A stretch of DNA of 64,000 bases, taken from NCBI GenBank assembly GCA_965261115.1, contig OZ253447.1, positions 3,402,011 to 3,466,010 of the forward strand, in the 5' to 3' direction. A program made the translations under genes and the position numbers. The notes under the pieces are model-generated. The model had not been told where the DNA came from and made no database searches. It saw only the letters and a program-made list of their open reading frames with translations. This DNA is from Candidatus Poribacteria bacterium (lineage in GTDB: Bacteria; Poribacteria; WGA-4E; WGA-3G). Positions within the stretch are counted from its first letter, which is position 1, and the number at the start of each line of letters is the position of its first letter. Positions 37,227 to 46,949 of the stretch are shown here, piece after piece.

Positions 37227-39740
37227 CTATTTCAAGATTAACATCTTCCGCGTTGCGGTGAAATCGCCTGCAGTGAGGGTATAAAAATAGACACCGCTCG
37301 CGACCCTTTCACCAAATGCGTTTTTACCATCCCAATACGCTGCACGACTTCGGTGCTGATACATACCCGCTGGTTGATACCCAAGTGCCAATGCTCGCAC
37401 CAATACTCCATTTACCGAATAGATGTGCAATGTGACATCGACGGGCTTCGCCAACTGATACGGTATCCATGTTTCTGGATTAAACGGGTTCGGATAATTC
37501 GCAAGTAGTGCCGTCTCTTTCGGTATCAACGTCACGAGGAGTTTTTGTAAAAACAGGATCCCGCGTAGTGATGTTGTATCCATGAGATTCAATTGCTGTG
37601 CAGCGGAAAGCCACTGTTTGACGTCTGTAGCAGCGAGCATTTCTGAGGCTTGAGGATTTAGAGAAGGTGCGGCGGCATTATTGCCTAATGCTCCAGCAAC
37701 CAAGACGAGATCCGCAATGTTGACCTGTCCATCGCCATTGACATCTGCAGTATTCTGTCCTGTCTCGCCGAGATTTGAAGCGACTAATACCAAATCCGCA
37801 ATGTTGACAGTCCCATCACCGTTAACATCTCCTTTGAGTTTAGTGGGTTCAGTTATCTCTGCGTTTTCAATCTGAGGGAGAAATGTCTCGCCTGCTCTGT
37901 TTGAAAGCAGCACATCAGATAAGGTTAGAGTGGATGCTTTCGCTGTGATAACCTCAAAGGTAAGAGTAGCGAGGGGACCATCTCCATCACTTTCTCCGGC
38001 GAGCGATGCAGCGTTGAGTTTTACGAGATTGCCCTCCACTTTCGGCTCTACAAAGAACGCATCCGCTGGTAAAAAATCACCATTCATACCTGAAACAAAT
38101 CGGAGGGCTGTATCATCAAACTGCACGGTTGCCTGATAGCCTGCGACATTTTCGCCGTTAGCAATTTTCAGGGACAATTTGAGTTGTTGACCGATATTAG
38201 GGGACTGCACACTTGCAGGCGAGAGACTCACCGTATCTGATCGGTCCCCTGTATTGTAATCAGTAATTGATTCAACAGACGGCAACGAAACTTTGTCGTT
38301 ATTTCCTAAAAGGAAGTTAGCGATTAGTTCAGCAGCAACCTTGCCTTTAGGGTTTACCTCGTTAAAGGTTTGATAGACAATACCAATCCTTCCACGATTA
38401 CCATCCCGGACAATAACCGGATCCGCTCTGGTGGCTTGTGAGGTACCTGTATCACTCGCAAGAACCTTTTCAGCAAACCAGTCCCCGGTAAGTTCATCAA
38501 GGTGAAAGGCCCTATCGGATTTAAAATTCATAAGGCTTGGAGTAACCTCTTTGCCATCTTTCGTTACTACCATTGGGGTATTATTTTCCACCCCGAAGTC
38601 CCACATTGTGATATGTGGAATATCCATAATGGCTTGTAAAGCTTGGACATCATTATGCACGTTGCCACTGGACACATAACCAAAGTAATCACCATGGTTA
38701 AGAATAGTATTTCCGTCAGTTGATTCAATCCAATTTTCTGCCACAGAACCGTCCGGTTGACTATTAGGAGACGGGTAAATAGAAGTTGGTAGGGTCCCGT
38801 AGAGGATTAAAACATCTACGTTACCATCTGAAGTTGTTTGAAGCATCCAGTCTCTAACAGAATCTTCGGTTTGAACAATTTCGGCTTGAATACCTTCTGA
38901 AGAAAGCAATTGCTTTGTGATTTGAGATTGCCGATTGGCATCATCATGGCTTATCCAACTAACAGTCCCTGTATACATCAGAACGTTTATGTTTTCATAA
39001 GGTTTTGGAGGATCTTCTTGCAGATTGATTTTTCTGAAAATTGGACGGCTATCTAACACAATTGCGTCTTCTTTTGTCATTCGCATTCTATCACCCCAAT
39101 CTTCAGTAGTATCTCCCCAAGCTTGGACAGTTCCATTTAAAGATTCACCATTATTATAGTTGTTATGTCCCGGGTCCAGTCCGAAAGCGTGGCCCAATTC
39201 GTGTGCTACTACACTAAGATAGTGATGCGGGAAATCATCTATCATATCCATAGTTACTATTGCATTACCGCCCCATCTATCACCGTGCCATGTATGCCCC
39301 CAAGCAAAACCTCGTCCCCATTGACCATGCATTTGTAAACCGCCCAAGATAATTAAATGCACATTATCACGAGAATCCCAATTGAGATCATTGTTGAATT
39401 TGTATGGGAGTTCGGATCTAACTGAATTCCAATTGTCGTTGGCATTCGTATCATAGTGATCAGTGTTGTGTTTAGCGTTAATTGTATGTATAACAAGTTT
39501 TCCATTTTCATCTGTTTCTAATGGAAATGTTTTATCAGTAAAATCGTGTCGCGTCATTTCTGACTGATAATATTTCTGAATATCTTTCATTATTTTATCA
39601 TGGTATTCATGATCTATGTCTGGAGCATCTATTGGTTTAAAATACAGAACATGAACATCGAATTTAGCAATGGATGACAGAGACGATACTGAAATTAATA
39701 TTAGGATCAAAAACGTTAGTAGAAGTCGGAAGTGTTTCAT
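37227..39740 (-). CDS. secreted zinc metalloprotease (HEXXH zincin) with two dockerin-type repeats and T9SS-type C-terminal sorting domain
   Basis: Signal peptide from the ATG at 39740. VVAHELGHAFGLDPGH zincin motif. DVNGDGTVNIADLVLVA and DVNGDGQVNIADLVLVA dockerin repeats. C-terminal NYPNPFNPET..IYSVNGVLV..GVYFYTL matches the Por/T9SS CTD. Confidence 0.75.
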   Translation of the reverse strand: MKHFRLLLTFLILILISVSSLSSIAKFDVHVLYFKPIDAPDIDHEYHDKIMKDIQKYYQSEMTRHDFTDKTFPLETDENGKLVIHTINAKHNTDHYDTNANDNWNSVRSELPYKFNNDLNWDSRDNVHLIILGGLQMHGQWGRGFAWGHTWHGDRWGGNAIVTMDMIDDFPHHYLSVVAHELGHAFGLDPGHNNYNNGESLNGTVQAWGDTTEDWGDRMRMTKEDAIVLDSRPIFRKINLQEDPPKPYENINVLMYTGTVSWISHDDANRQSQITKQLLSSEGIQAEIVQTEDSVRDWMLQTTSDGNVDVLILYGTLPTSIYPSPNSQPDGSVAENWIESTDGNTILNHGDYFGYVSSGNVHNDVQALQAIMDIPHITMWDFGVENNTPMVVTKDGKEVTPSLMNFKSDRAFHLDELTGDWFAEKVLASDTGTSQATRADPVIVRDGNRGRIGIVYQTFNEVNPKGKVAAELIANFLLGNNDKVSLPSVESITDYNTGDRSDTVSLSPASVQSPNIGQQLKLSLKIANGENVAGYQATVQFDDTALRFVSGMNGDFLPADAFFVEPKVEGNLVKLNAASLAGESDGDGPLATLTFEVITAKASTLTLSDVLLSNRAGETFLPQIENAEITEPTKLKGDVNGDGTVNIADLVLVASNLGETGQNTADVNGDGQVNIADLVLVAGALGNNAAAPSLNPQASEMLAATDVKQWLSAAQQLNLMDTTSLRGILFLQKLLVTLIPKETALLANYPNPFNPETWIPYQLAKPVDVTLHIYSVNGVLVRALALGYQPAGMYQHRSRAAYWDGKNAFGERVASGVYFYTLTAGDFTATRKMLILK

Positions 39741-39790
39741 GAGGGTTCCGTCTGTTACATACTTAGAGTCTATCATGATTGTAAAAAACC

Positions 39791-40594
39791 TTAATCATAA
39801 TTGCTTGGTCGATGATCGCCGAGGAGTCGTCTCTGCCGAGGGCTCGCTTGGGCGAGAATGGATGCATCAAACTGAAACTTATTCAGATAGGGCGGATATT
39901 TCTGTGTAATCATCCGCATGGCATAGTGGACTTGCATGAGATAGCGGACTTCATTACTCGTATTGGCAGAGCCGCGATGCCAGACTTCGCTGCGGAAAAG
40001 CACGACATCCCCGGCATTACATAAGATACTCTCTTCTCCGCGGTTATTCCACTCGGTTGCACCGTTTGGGGAACACCCAGAGAAATGGCTGCCCGGAACA
40101 AACTTCGTCGGTCCCAATTCTTCATACATATCGTTGAGATAGTAATGGGCAGTGGTGATGAAGATTGGGATTTTGACGCGCGGATCAGAACGAACGTCTG
40201 CCGGTAGAGAGATTGGCAGCCAATCGGTATGTAATCCCTGATCTGGACGGTCGGGTCCTGTCAGCCACGAATGCATACCGATGCAGTGGCAATCCTCGCC
40301 GTGCGCCGCCTCGGCAACTTCAATAACAGGCGATCTGTCAAGGTATTGGAGATACAACGGATCCCGATTAAACGAGTTGCTGATGAGCTTGTGAAGGAAT
40401 GCGTTGCCATTTTGCGGGGTTTCATCCCGGTCATGAGATTCTGGGATCGCCTCTAATCGATCCATAGTCGCTCGTAATTCAGCGATTTCATCGGCGTCAA
40501 GCACGCTGGGGAAATAGACATAACCATCCCTTTCGAGTGCTTCAACTTGACTTTCTAAGTCGTCGTATGCAACGAGTGAAAGAGCTTTCGCCAC
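39791..40594 (-). CDS. PhyH-family Fe(II)/2OG dioxygenase (tandem paralog 1)
   Basis: GLHTDWLP HxD motif. GTG start at 40594 with an AAGGAG RBS. Highly similar to the adjacent gene. Confidence 0.8.
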   Translation of the reverse strand: MAKALSLVAYDDLESQVEALERDGYVYFPSVLDADEIAELRATMDRLEAIPESHDRDETPQNGNAFLHKLISNSFNRDPLYLQYLDRSPVIEVAEAAHGEDCHCIGMHSWLTGPDRPDQGLHTDWLPISLPADVRSDPRVKIPIFITTAHYYLNDMYEELGPTKFVPGSHFSGCSPNGATEWNNRGEESILCNAGDVVLFRSEVWHRGSANTSNEVRYLMQVHYAMRMITQKYPPYLNKFQFDASILAQASPRQRRLLGDHRPSNYD

Positions 40595-40662
40595 TTTTGG
40601 TACTCCTTTCAGATAGCTGACAACCAAGCCCACAAGGACACACCTCAAATTATGTGTCACCT

Positions 40663-41466
40663 TTAATCATAATTGCTTGGCCGATGATCGCCGAGGAGCC
40701 GTCGCTGTTGAGGATTCGCTTGGGCAAGGATCGATGCGTCAAACTGAAACTTATTCAGGTAAGGCGGGTATTTCTGTGTAATCATCCGTTGTGCATAATG
40801 GACTTGCAAGAGGTAACGGGTTTCGTCAGCCGTATTGGCGGAACCCCGGTGCCAGACTTCACTGCGGAAAAGCACCACGTCCCCAGCATTGCATAAGATA
40901 CTTTCTTCCGTTCTGCCTTTCCACTCGGTTTGCCCGTTCGGAGAACACCCAGAGTAATGACTACCTGGGACAAACTTCGTCGGTCCCAGTGCTTCATACA
41001 TATCGTTGAGATAGTAGTGGGCAGTGGTGATGAAGATTGGGACTTTGACGCGTGGGGCAGAACGGATATCTGCTGGCAGCGCAATTGGTAGCCAATCGGT
41101 ATGTAACCCCTGATCCGGACGTCCCGGTCCTGTCAACCACGATTGCATCCCGATACAATGACAATCCTCGCCGTGCGTCGCTTCAGCAACTTCAATAATC
41201 GGTGATTTGTCAAGGAATTCGAGATAGAGTGGATCTCGATTAAACGAGTTGTTGATGATTTTATTGAGGAATCCGCCGCCATTTTGAGGCGTTTGGTGTC
41301 GATCCAAGCACTCTGGGATCGTTTCTAATCGATCCATAGTCGCTCGCAACTCAGCGACTTCCTCAGCATCAAGCACGTTGGGGAAATAGACATAACCATC
41401 TCTTTCCAGTGCTTCCACTTGGCTTTCTAAATCGTTGTATGCAATAAGTGAAAGGGCTTTCGCCAT
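40663..41466 (-). CDS. PhyH-family Fe(II)/2OG dioxygenase (tandem paralog 2)
   Basis: Same motifs. ATG at 41466 with an AAGGAG RBS. Near-identical length (267 aa) and sequence to paralog 1. Confidence 0.8.
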   Translation of the reverse strand: MAKALSLIAYNDLESQVEALERDGYVYFPNVLDAEEVAELRATMDRLETIPECLDRHQTPQNGGGFLNKIINNSFNRDPLYLEFLDKSPIIEVAEATHGEDCHCIGMQSWLTGPGRPDQGLHTDWLPIALPADIRSAPRVKVPIFITTAHYYLNDMYEALGPTKFVPGSHYSGCSPNGQTEWKGRTEESILCNAGDVVLFRSEVWHRGSANTADETRYLLQVHYAQRMITQKYPPYLNKFQFDASILAQANPQQRRLLGDHRPSNYD

Positions 41467-41625
41467 TTTTGGTACTCCTTTCGGACGATAGCAATAGGTC
41501 AACGCTTCTCGCTATGATATGTTAACCGCAACGAAGTTGTCAATGAAAAAATATGTCGGAGTTGGATTTCAAGCGTCCGGATTTCCTTTAAGCTCCACCA
41601 CAAAGCGATTGCCTCAATACCTCAG

Positions 41626-43792
41626 TTATACTGCCTTGAGTTTTCGCCATAGAGTTGTACGACTGATCCCCAAACGTTGTGCAGCGAGCTGTGGCTTCCC
41701 ATCAGACGCCTCCAAAACTCTTTGAACCAATTCACGTTCCAATGCGGCAAGTGGGTTGCTTTCCCTGAGTGCCTGCGTAACAATATCATCTCTCGACGAA
41801 ATAAGGTCGAGCGGTAAATGTTGCTTTTCAATGCTTCCACCCTGACATTTGACGAATGCATGCTCTATAATATTTTCCAACTCTCGCACATTGCCGGGGT
41901 AGGTATAATCCATTAAGATTTCAAGGGCATCGGGTGCGATCCGATGAATAGATTTTTGGGTCTGTTGACTGAATTTTTCAATGAAGTGTTCAATGAGGAG
42001 TGGAATGTCATCTCGTCTTTCACGGAGTGGCGGCGGCGTAATCGGGACGACGTTGAGCCTGTAGTATAAATCCTCGCGGAAACGTCCAGCATCAATTTCT
42101 GTTTTCAGGATTCGATTTGTCGCTGCAATGACGCGGACATCTACTTGCTTTGTATCAGTTGAACCAACCATTTCATATTCGCCTTCTTGCAAGACGCGAA
42201 GCAACTTTGCTTGTGTACTGAGACTTAACTCGCCGATTTCATCAAGAAAAAGGGTACCACCGTCCGCAGCTGCAAATCGTCCTTCACGCGTTGTGATGGC
42301 ATCGGTAAACGCACCTTTGACATGTCCAAAGAGTTCACTCTCCAGCAGATTATCAACTAAGCCTGCGCAATTGACGCGAATGAAGGGCTTTTTTGCCCGA
42401 TCGCTATTGTAGTGGATCGCGTGAGCAATCGGTTCTTTGCCGGTACCCGCTTTCGCCTTGAATCAGGACAGTTGTTTTCATGGGGGCGACGAGTTGAATC
42501 AACTCGAAAATCTCCTGCATTTTCCGATTTTTTCCGATGAGATTCCCAAACGAATGGCGCGCCTTGAGTTGGGCACTGAGTGCCTTTACCTCCGAAAGAT
42601 CACGGGCGAATCCCTGGATAAATTCCCGCTCGTCATGCACAATTGGGACCGCGCGAATTTCCAATGGTAAGCGGCTTTTATTTTTATGCGACAGCTCCGT
42701 TTGGAAAGTAATCGGGTTCTGTTGACCGAGGCCTTTAAGCATTTCGTCGGTGTTTTGAAATTCATCGGGAGGCATTAGGTCGCGCAGCGACAGATTGACG
42801 AGTTCTTGGTGTGTGTAACCAAGCCAGGCACAGAAATTTTCGTTTACGGTAACAAATGCTTCTGTCAGTGATGGACAAATGAAGATTGCGTCATTGGACA
42901 TCTCAAAGAGTGTGCGGTATCGTTTGTTGTTTTCGGCGAGTTTGTCTGTCCAATTCCCTTTTTCAATCAGAATTGAGAGTTGCCCAGCAATCGGTTTCAG
43001 TCGTCTAATATGTGCCTCGGAGAATGCTCGGGGTTGTTCACTGGTGAAAAAGACGACCCCAATCGGTTTACCTTGCACCTTGAGCGGAAGTGTTAGATTT
43101 GAGCGCATCCCTTCTTGAACCATGAGTCTTGTCCAGTGCGTCGGTCTTTTTGCGAGAGTTTCCTTAAAATCGTCGATAATTCGTGCTTCGCCTGAATTGA
43201 GAATAGGTTCAAGACTTGACCCTTTGATTTTTGCTGAGAACCCGTTGTCCAGCAAGATTTTTCTGTTGGATTTCGTTTTGCACTGCACTAAGTCACCGGA
43301 GAATTCGTCAATGAGTGCGATGCCTAACCGGTTATGTGGCACTATGCGCTGAAGTCCAGCGTGGATATTCTCAAAGACTTCATCGAGCGTCTTTCCAAGT
43401 TGAATCTGCTCAAGGATTCCATAGATATGATCAGCTTCAACAGTTTGGTTAAAAACAGTATCTTCGAGTCTATCACTCATTGGTGCTTCAGGAGTGACTG
43501 CGATCTGAAGGGTATCTCCATCAAGCCGGAGCGGATAGGTTCGGACATTCGGCGTCGTAATAGGGCATCCACTTTTCAGATCGTATTGCCAACCGTGCCA
43601 GGGGCAGGTAACAACTTCACCCTCCAGTGTTCCTTCGTTGAGTGGTCCTCCCAGATGTGGACAGGCATTATTGATAGCATAAAATCTTTTACCCGTGTTG
43701 AAGATTGCGATGCTTTTATTGTCTAATTTGATGACAATGCTCTGTCCCGGTTCGATTGCAGATGTTTTAACGACATTCATCCACTTCACCAT
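41626..43792 (-). pseudogene. sigma54-dependent transcriptional activator with N-terminal Rieske [2Fe-2S] domain (Rieske-GAF-PAS-AAA+-HTH), +1 frameshift inside Walker A near 42444
   Basis: Rieske CPHLGG..CPWHGW. GAF and PAS regions. The Walker A reads GESG then shifts frame to [12 protein letters not shown].. (expected GESGTGKE). The downstream frame carries GAFTDA, the ESELFGH-type motif, RVIAATN, a Fis-type HTH ([14 protein letters not shown]). Confidence 0.75.
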
Positions 43793-43872
43793 CTTTCCTC
43801 CACGCGTTAGCAGGATTTGTTACCTATAGGTCATAGATTATCACATGATGGAGCAAATGTCAAGAATTTTGT

Positions 43873-43902
43873 TTCATTTATGAACATTGTTTCATTTATG
43901 AA
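43873..43902. promoter_or_regulatory. two copies of the palindrome TTTCATTTATGAA 17 bp apart; candidate enhancer (UAS) sites
   Basis: Direct reading of the sequence. They lie about 150 bp upstream of the -24/-12 promoter. Confidence 0.4.
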
Positions 43903-43946
43903 GTAATCTTTATTTTTGTGATTCTTGGGCAATTCGTTTAGATTTT

Positions 43947-43982
43947 GTTTCAGATTTGAAATGCGGCAGTAAAATCTGAAAC
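43947..43982. promoter_or_regulatory. 11-bp inverted repeat GTTTCAGATTT-N14-AAATCTGAAAC; candidate activator binding site
   Basis: Direct reading of the sequence. It is centred about 85 bp upstream of the -24 element. Confidence 0.35.
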
Positions 43983-44039
43983 TTCACTTTAACCCATAAA
44001 ACACTGATATATTTCAATTGTATATAGGTTCTGAATGTT

Positions 44040-44055
44040 TGGCACGAAACTTGCA
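44040..44055 (+). promoter_or_regulatory. sigma54 (-24/-12) promoter TGGCACGAAACTTGCA
   Basis: Exact match to the TGGCAC-N5-TTGCA consensus, about 78 nt upstream of the cupin gene start. Confidence 0.6.
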
Positions 44056-44132
44056 ATGCAATAATGTGTAAGCAGGACTTAATTGCTAAACACTTGGCTT
44101 CTAAACACTTCTAACCTACGAAAGGGATTATA

Positions 44133-44522
44133 ATGAACACAGCATTTGACAGACCTTACAGACCTGTGGATCTGAACACATCACTCACCGAGGCATTTTC
44201 ACTTACCTCTATGGCTGAACAGTTGATGGAAGAAGCTACATCTGCCACTTCTGGTAGAGCTTCGTTGACATTAGCCCGTGGAGATGAAATGACTGTTATC
44301 CTGATTACCTTAAAAGCAGAATACACGCTTGACGAACATCCAGCGCCTGCCGCTGCGACGGTTGTTATGCTTAGTGGCAGCATTATCTTTAAAACCAGTA
44401 CTAAAAATATCACGATCGTCCAAGGTGAATCGGTGACCTTTACGGCTGACATTCTTCACTCAGTTCACGCGAACGAGGATAGTACATTTCTTGTCATTAT
44501 CGGTGGCAAGCATGCTGAGTGA
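44133..44522 (+). CDS. cupin-domain protein
   Basis: Small beta-barrel protein with a cupin-like pattern (..LSGSIIFKT..TIVQGESVTF..HSVHANED). First gene downstream of the sigma54 promoter. Confidence 0.55.
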   Translation: MNTAFDRPYRPVDLNTSLTEAFSLTSMAEQLMEEATSATSGRASLTLARGDEMTVILITLKAEYTLDEHPAPAAATVVMLSGSIIFKTSTKNITIVQGESVTFTADILHSVHANEDSTFLVIIGGKHAE

Positions 44523-44618
44523 GTATTGAAAACGGTAAGCACGAAGCACTGTCATCCAGATTCTCCTAATGTTGTTTGATAAGACTCAATTTTAGTTGAC
44601 TAATTGGAGGATTAAAAA

Positions 44619-45029
44619 ATGAACCGTTATCTTGAACACGCCAATATGACCGTGAATGACCTTGAAAAAGCGATCGATTTTCTAACAACTGCCTTTCCAG
44701 ATTTTCGAGTCAGGGGCGGTGGCGATAACGCCAATGGAACGAAATGGTGTCATCTTGGGACTGACGATTTTTATATTGCGCTCTCAGATCGGAAGCATCC
44801 CTTCACGGGTGACCGTAAGGGGAGTTACGTAAACCATCTCGGTTTTGCTGTTGATGACGCTGAAGGTATCCGAGAACGCTTGCTCGCTGCGGGATATAAA
44901 GAAGGGTATAAGGTTGGACCGCATCCCCACCGAAAACGAATCTATTTCGTTTATGCGGACGGTTTTGAATGGGAGTTCGTCGAATACTTCACGGATGACC
45001 CAGCAAAACGGAACGACTATTCACAATGA
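44619..45029 (+). CDS. VOC-family (glyoxalase/bleomycin resistance/dioxygenase) protein
   Basis: LEHANMTVNDLEKAIDFL and HLGFAVDD motifs typical of the VOC fold. Confidence 0.75.
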   Translation: MNRYLEHANMTVNDLEKAIDFLTTAFPDFRVRGGGDNANGTKWCHLGTDDFYIALSDRKHPFTGDRKGSYVNHLGFAVDDAEGIRERLLAAGYKEGYKVGPHPHRKRIYFVYADGFEWEFVEYFTDDPAKRNDYSQ

Positions 45030-45131
45030 AAATAACTTTCGTTCGGGACGCAATGCTTGTTAAAACAAAACTTGTAGGGTTAAGACATGGTGCTTGCCCT
45101 ACAAGTTTTTGGTGCCTTGCTAGATGTTTCA

Positions 45132-46949
45132 TCAATCTTCATCAATAGACCAGGTGCAGTTGATATGACTGTCCTTGTAAAATTGCTTGAGTGCTGGCTT
45201 ATCAAACCACAGTTGAATTTCTTTACCCACAATATGTCCAACGCTGCTCACCTTGAGGTAAAGACCACCCGCTGTCCACTCAGGCATGATGTTATATTGT
45301 CCGGTCTGTGCGGCGTAGAGGCTGAGCAGTGCCAACGGCTCCATCGCGTCGAGATTCGCGGTTCTATGGGTATCCTGCAGAAGTTCAGCCACACTTCTCC
45401 CTTCATGTCCCTCTTGTAGTTCCGGTTTATCCATGACCTTGCTGTGGAGGATAAAGTCATCTTCAAGCGTGAAAAGACCGCTATCGGGGTGTTGTCTACC
45501 TTGCAGCAGATTATCGCCTATCCGTTCCGCCATCGCCAGAAATTCTGCCTTCGGTTCTATTCGGTACAGATCCACCAATGCGAAGATATAAGCAGGTTCC
45601 AAGGTGGTTGTGTCAAAATTCAAGGACGGCGGCGAGTTTTTATCGGTACCGATGTCTCCGATCCCAAAGGCTTTAAACATCATGCGTAGATAGTCCCTAA
45701 ACGCACTTTTGCCACCAGAAACCCTATACCCACGGGCACAGACGGAAGTAAAGAGCGGCGTAATGTTTTGTGGTAAGAATGCGCCGCCTTCTTTCGCACC
45801 AAAGTATAACTTTGCATCTCTGAAAGGTCCCTTTATCCGAAAGCCTGTGAGATCCGTCCCATCAATAACGATGCTTTTCAATGTATTGTTTTTCGGATCG
45901 TAGGAAGCGTCTAAGAAATCGATGATGTGTTGTTCAACCGCTGCTTTGATGTGCGCCATTTCGCCGATACGTCCGTATTTTTCGGCGTTTTCTACGATGG
46001 TCAGCATCCCCATCATCTGCGTAATGGTGTGGTTCAACTGGTTGCCGACATAGACCCTCGGTTCGGTCGCTTGCGGATATTTTCTGCCGAAGACGTTCAA
46101 CCCGCGTTTGCCACTTTGCGGATGCACCAGATTGGGCCAGATCCCAGTCTCTGGAGCTCGCTGCTTTATAATCAGATTTAAAAGGCGTTCCGCCCAGATT
46201 CGCGGTGCCTCTTCCTGCTTTTGGTAGCCCAAGCTGTAACCTGCGTAAGCGAGATCCAATGCCACACTGATGAACGAGAGATCGCCACTGATTACAGGGT
46301 CTTTGTATCCATTCCAAGGTCTGTTCCAAGTATTAGCATGATCAACCTGCTTTTTGAAATCACCGTGTCGGTTGTAGTGTAAGGCATCCCAATCCTTGAT
46401 ATTCGCTTCCCAAATCCCTTTCATCAGCATCTCACCGCGATCGGGATTCACGGCTCTCAGCAATTCCCAGTACGGATATACATCCTCTATTTCGTGGACA
46501 ACGCCTTTCATGCCGTACCGATTACCAGTCACCAAATCTACATAGCCGTGTCCACCCCAATGCAGAACGCCACTCTCTGGATACCAGTAGTGGTTGAACA
46601 TATATTCGGCGGCTTCTCCCGCGGCATGGACGTATTTGCCGTCCCCAGTGAACTGACTTAAAGAGGCAAGCAACCGCATCAAGTTCTGCTGATTCTGAAA
46701 GAAACTCCAGACCGCTGGTTTCGGTTCGGTGCCTGTGCGGTGAGATGTCATAGATCTGGGTGCTTTCACATGGTCGGTATGGAGGCAATCCGCAAAGAGC
46801 GGCATCTCTTTGCCACTATATCTATCTCTCCCGTATTGGATAGCTGTCCCTGCGAAGAGACTGGCAGCTTTTAAGAAGCGGTTATTCTCTATTTCGTCCA
46901 GATGCAATCGGTTTCTGCCAATCCATCGATCCAATCGATTCATGCTCAT
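45132..46949 (-). CDS. hypothetical protein (605 aa), possibly a carbohydrate-active alpha/alpha-barrel enzyme
   Basis: Long ORF in which I recognise no family. The 4-nt overlap with the following membrane-protein gene suggests co-transcription. Confidence 0.6.
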   Translation of the reverse strand: MSMNRLDRWIGRNRLHLDEIENNRFLKAASLFAGTAIQYGRDRYSGKEMPLFADCLHTDHVKAPRSMTSHRTGTEPKPAVWSFFQNQQNLMRLLASLSQFTGDGKYVHAAGEAAEYMFNHYWYPESGVLHWGGHGYVDLVTGNRYGMKGVVHEIEDVYPYWELLRAVNPDRGEMLMKGIWEANIKDWDALHYNRHGDFKKQVDHANTWNRPWNGYKDPVISGDLSFISVALDLAYAGYSLGYQKQEEAPRIWAERLLNLIIKQRAPETGIWPNLVHPQSGKRGLNVFGRKYPQATEPRVYVGNQLNHTITQMMGMLTIVENAEKYGRIGEMAHIKAAVEQHIIDFLDASYDPKNNTLKSIVIDGTDLTGFRIKGPFRDAKLYFGAKEGGAFLPQNITPLFTSVCARGYRVSGGKSAFRDYLRMMFKAFGIGDIGTDKNSPPSLNFDTTTLEPAYIFALVDLYRIEPKAEFLAMAERIGDNLLQGRQHPDSGLFTLEDDFILHSKVMDKPELQEGHEGRSVAELLQDTHRTANLDAMEPLALLSLYAAQTGQYNIMPEWTAGGLYLKVSSVGHIVGKEIQLWFDKPALKQFYKDSHINCTWSIDED

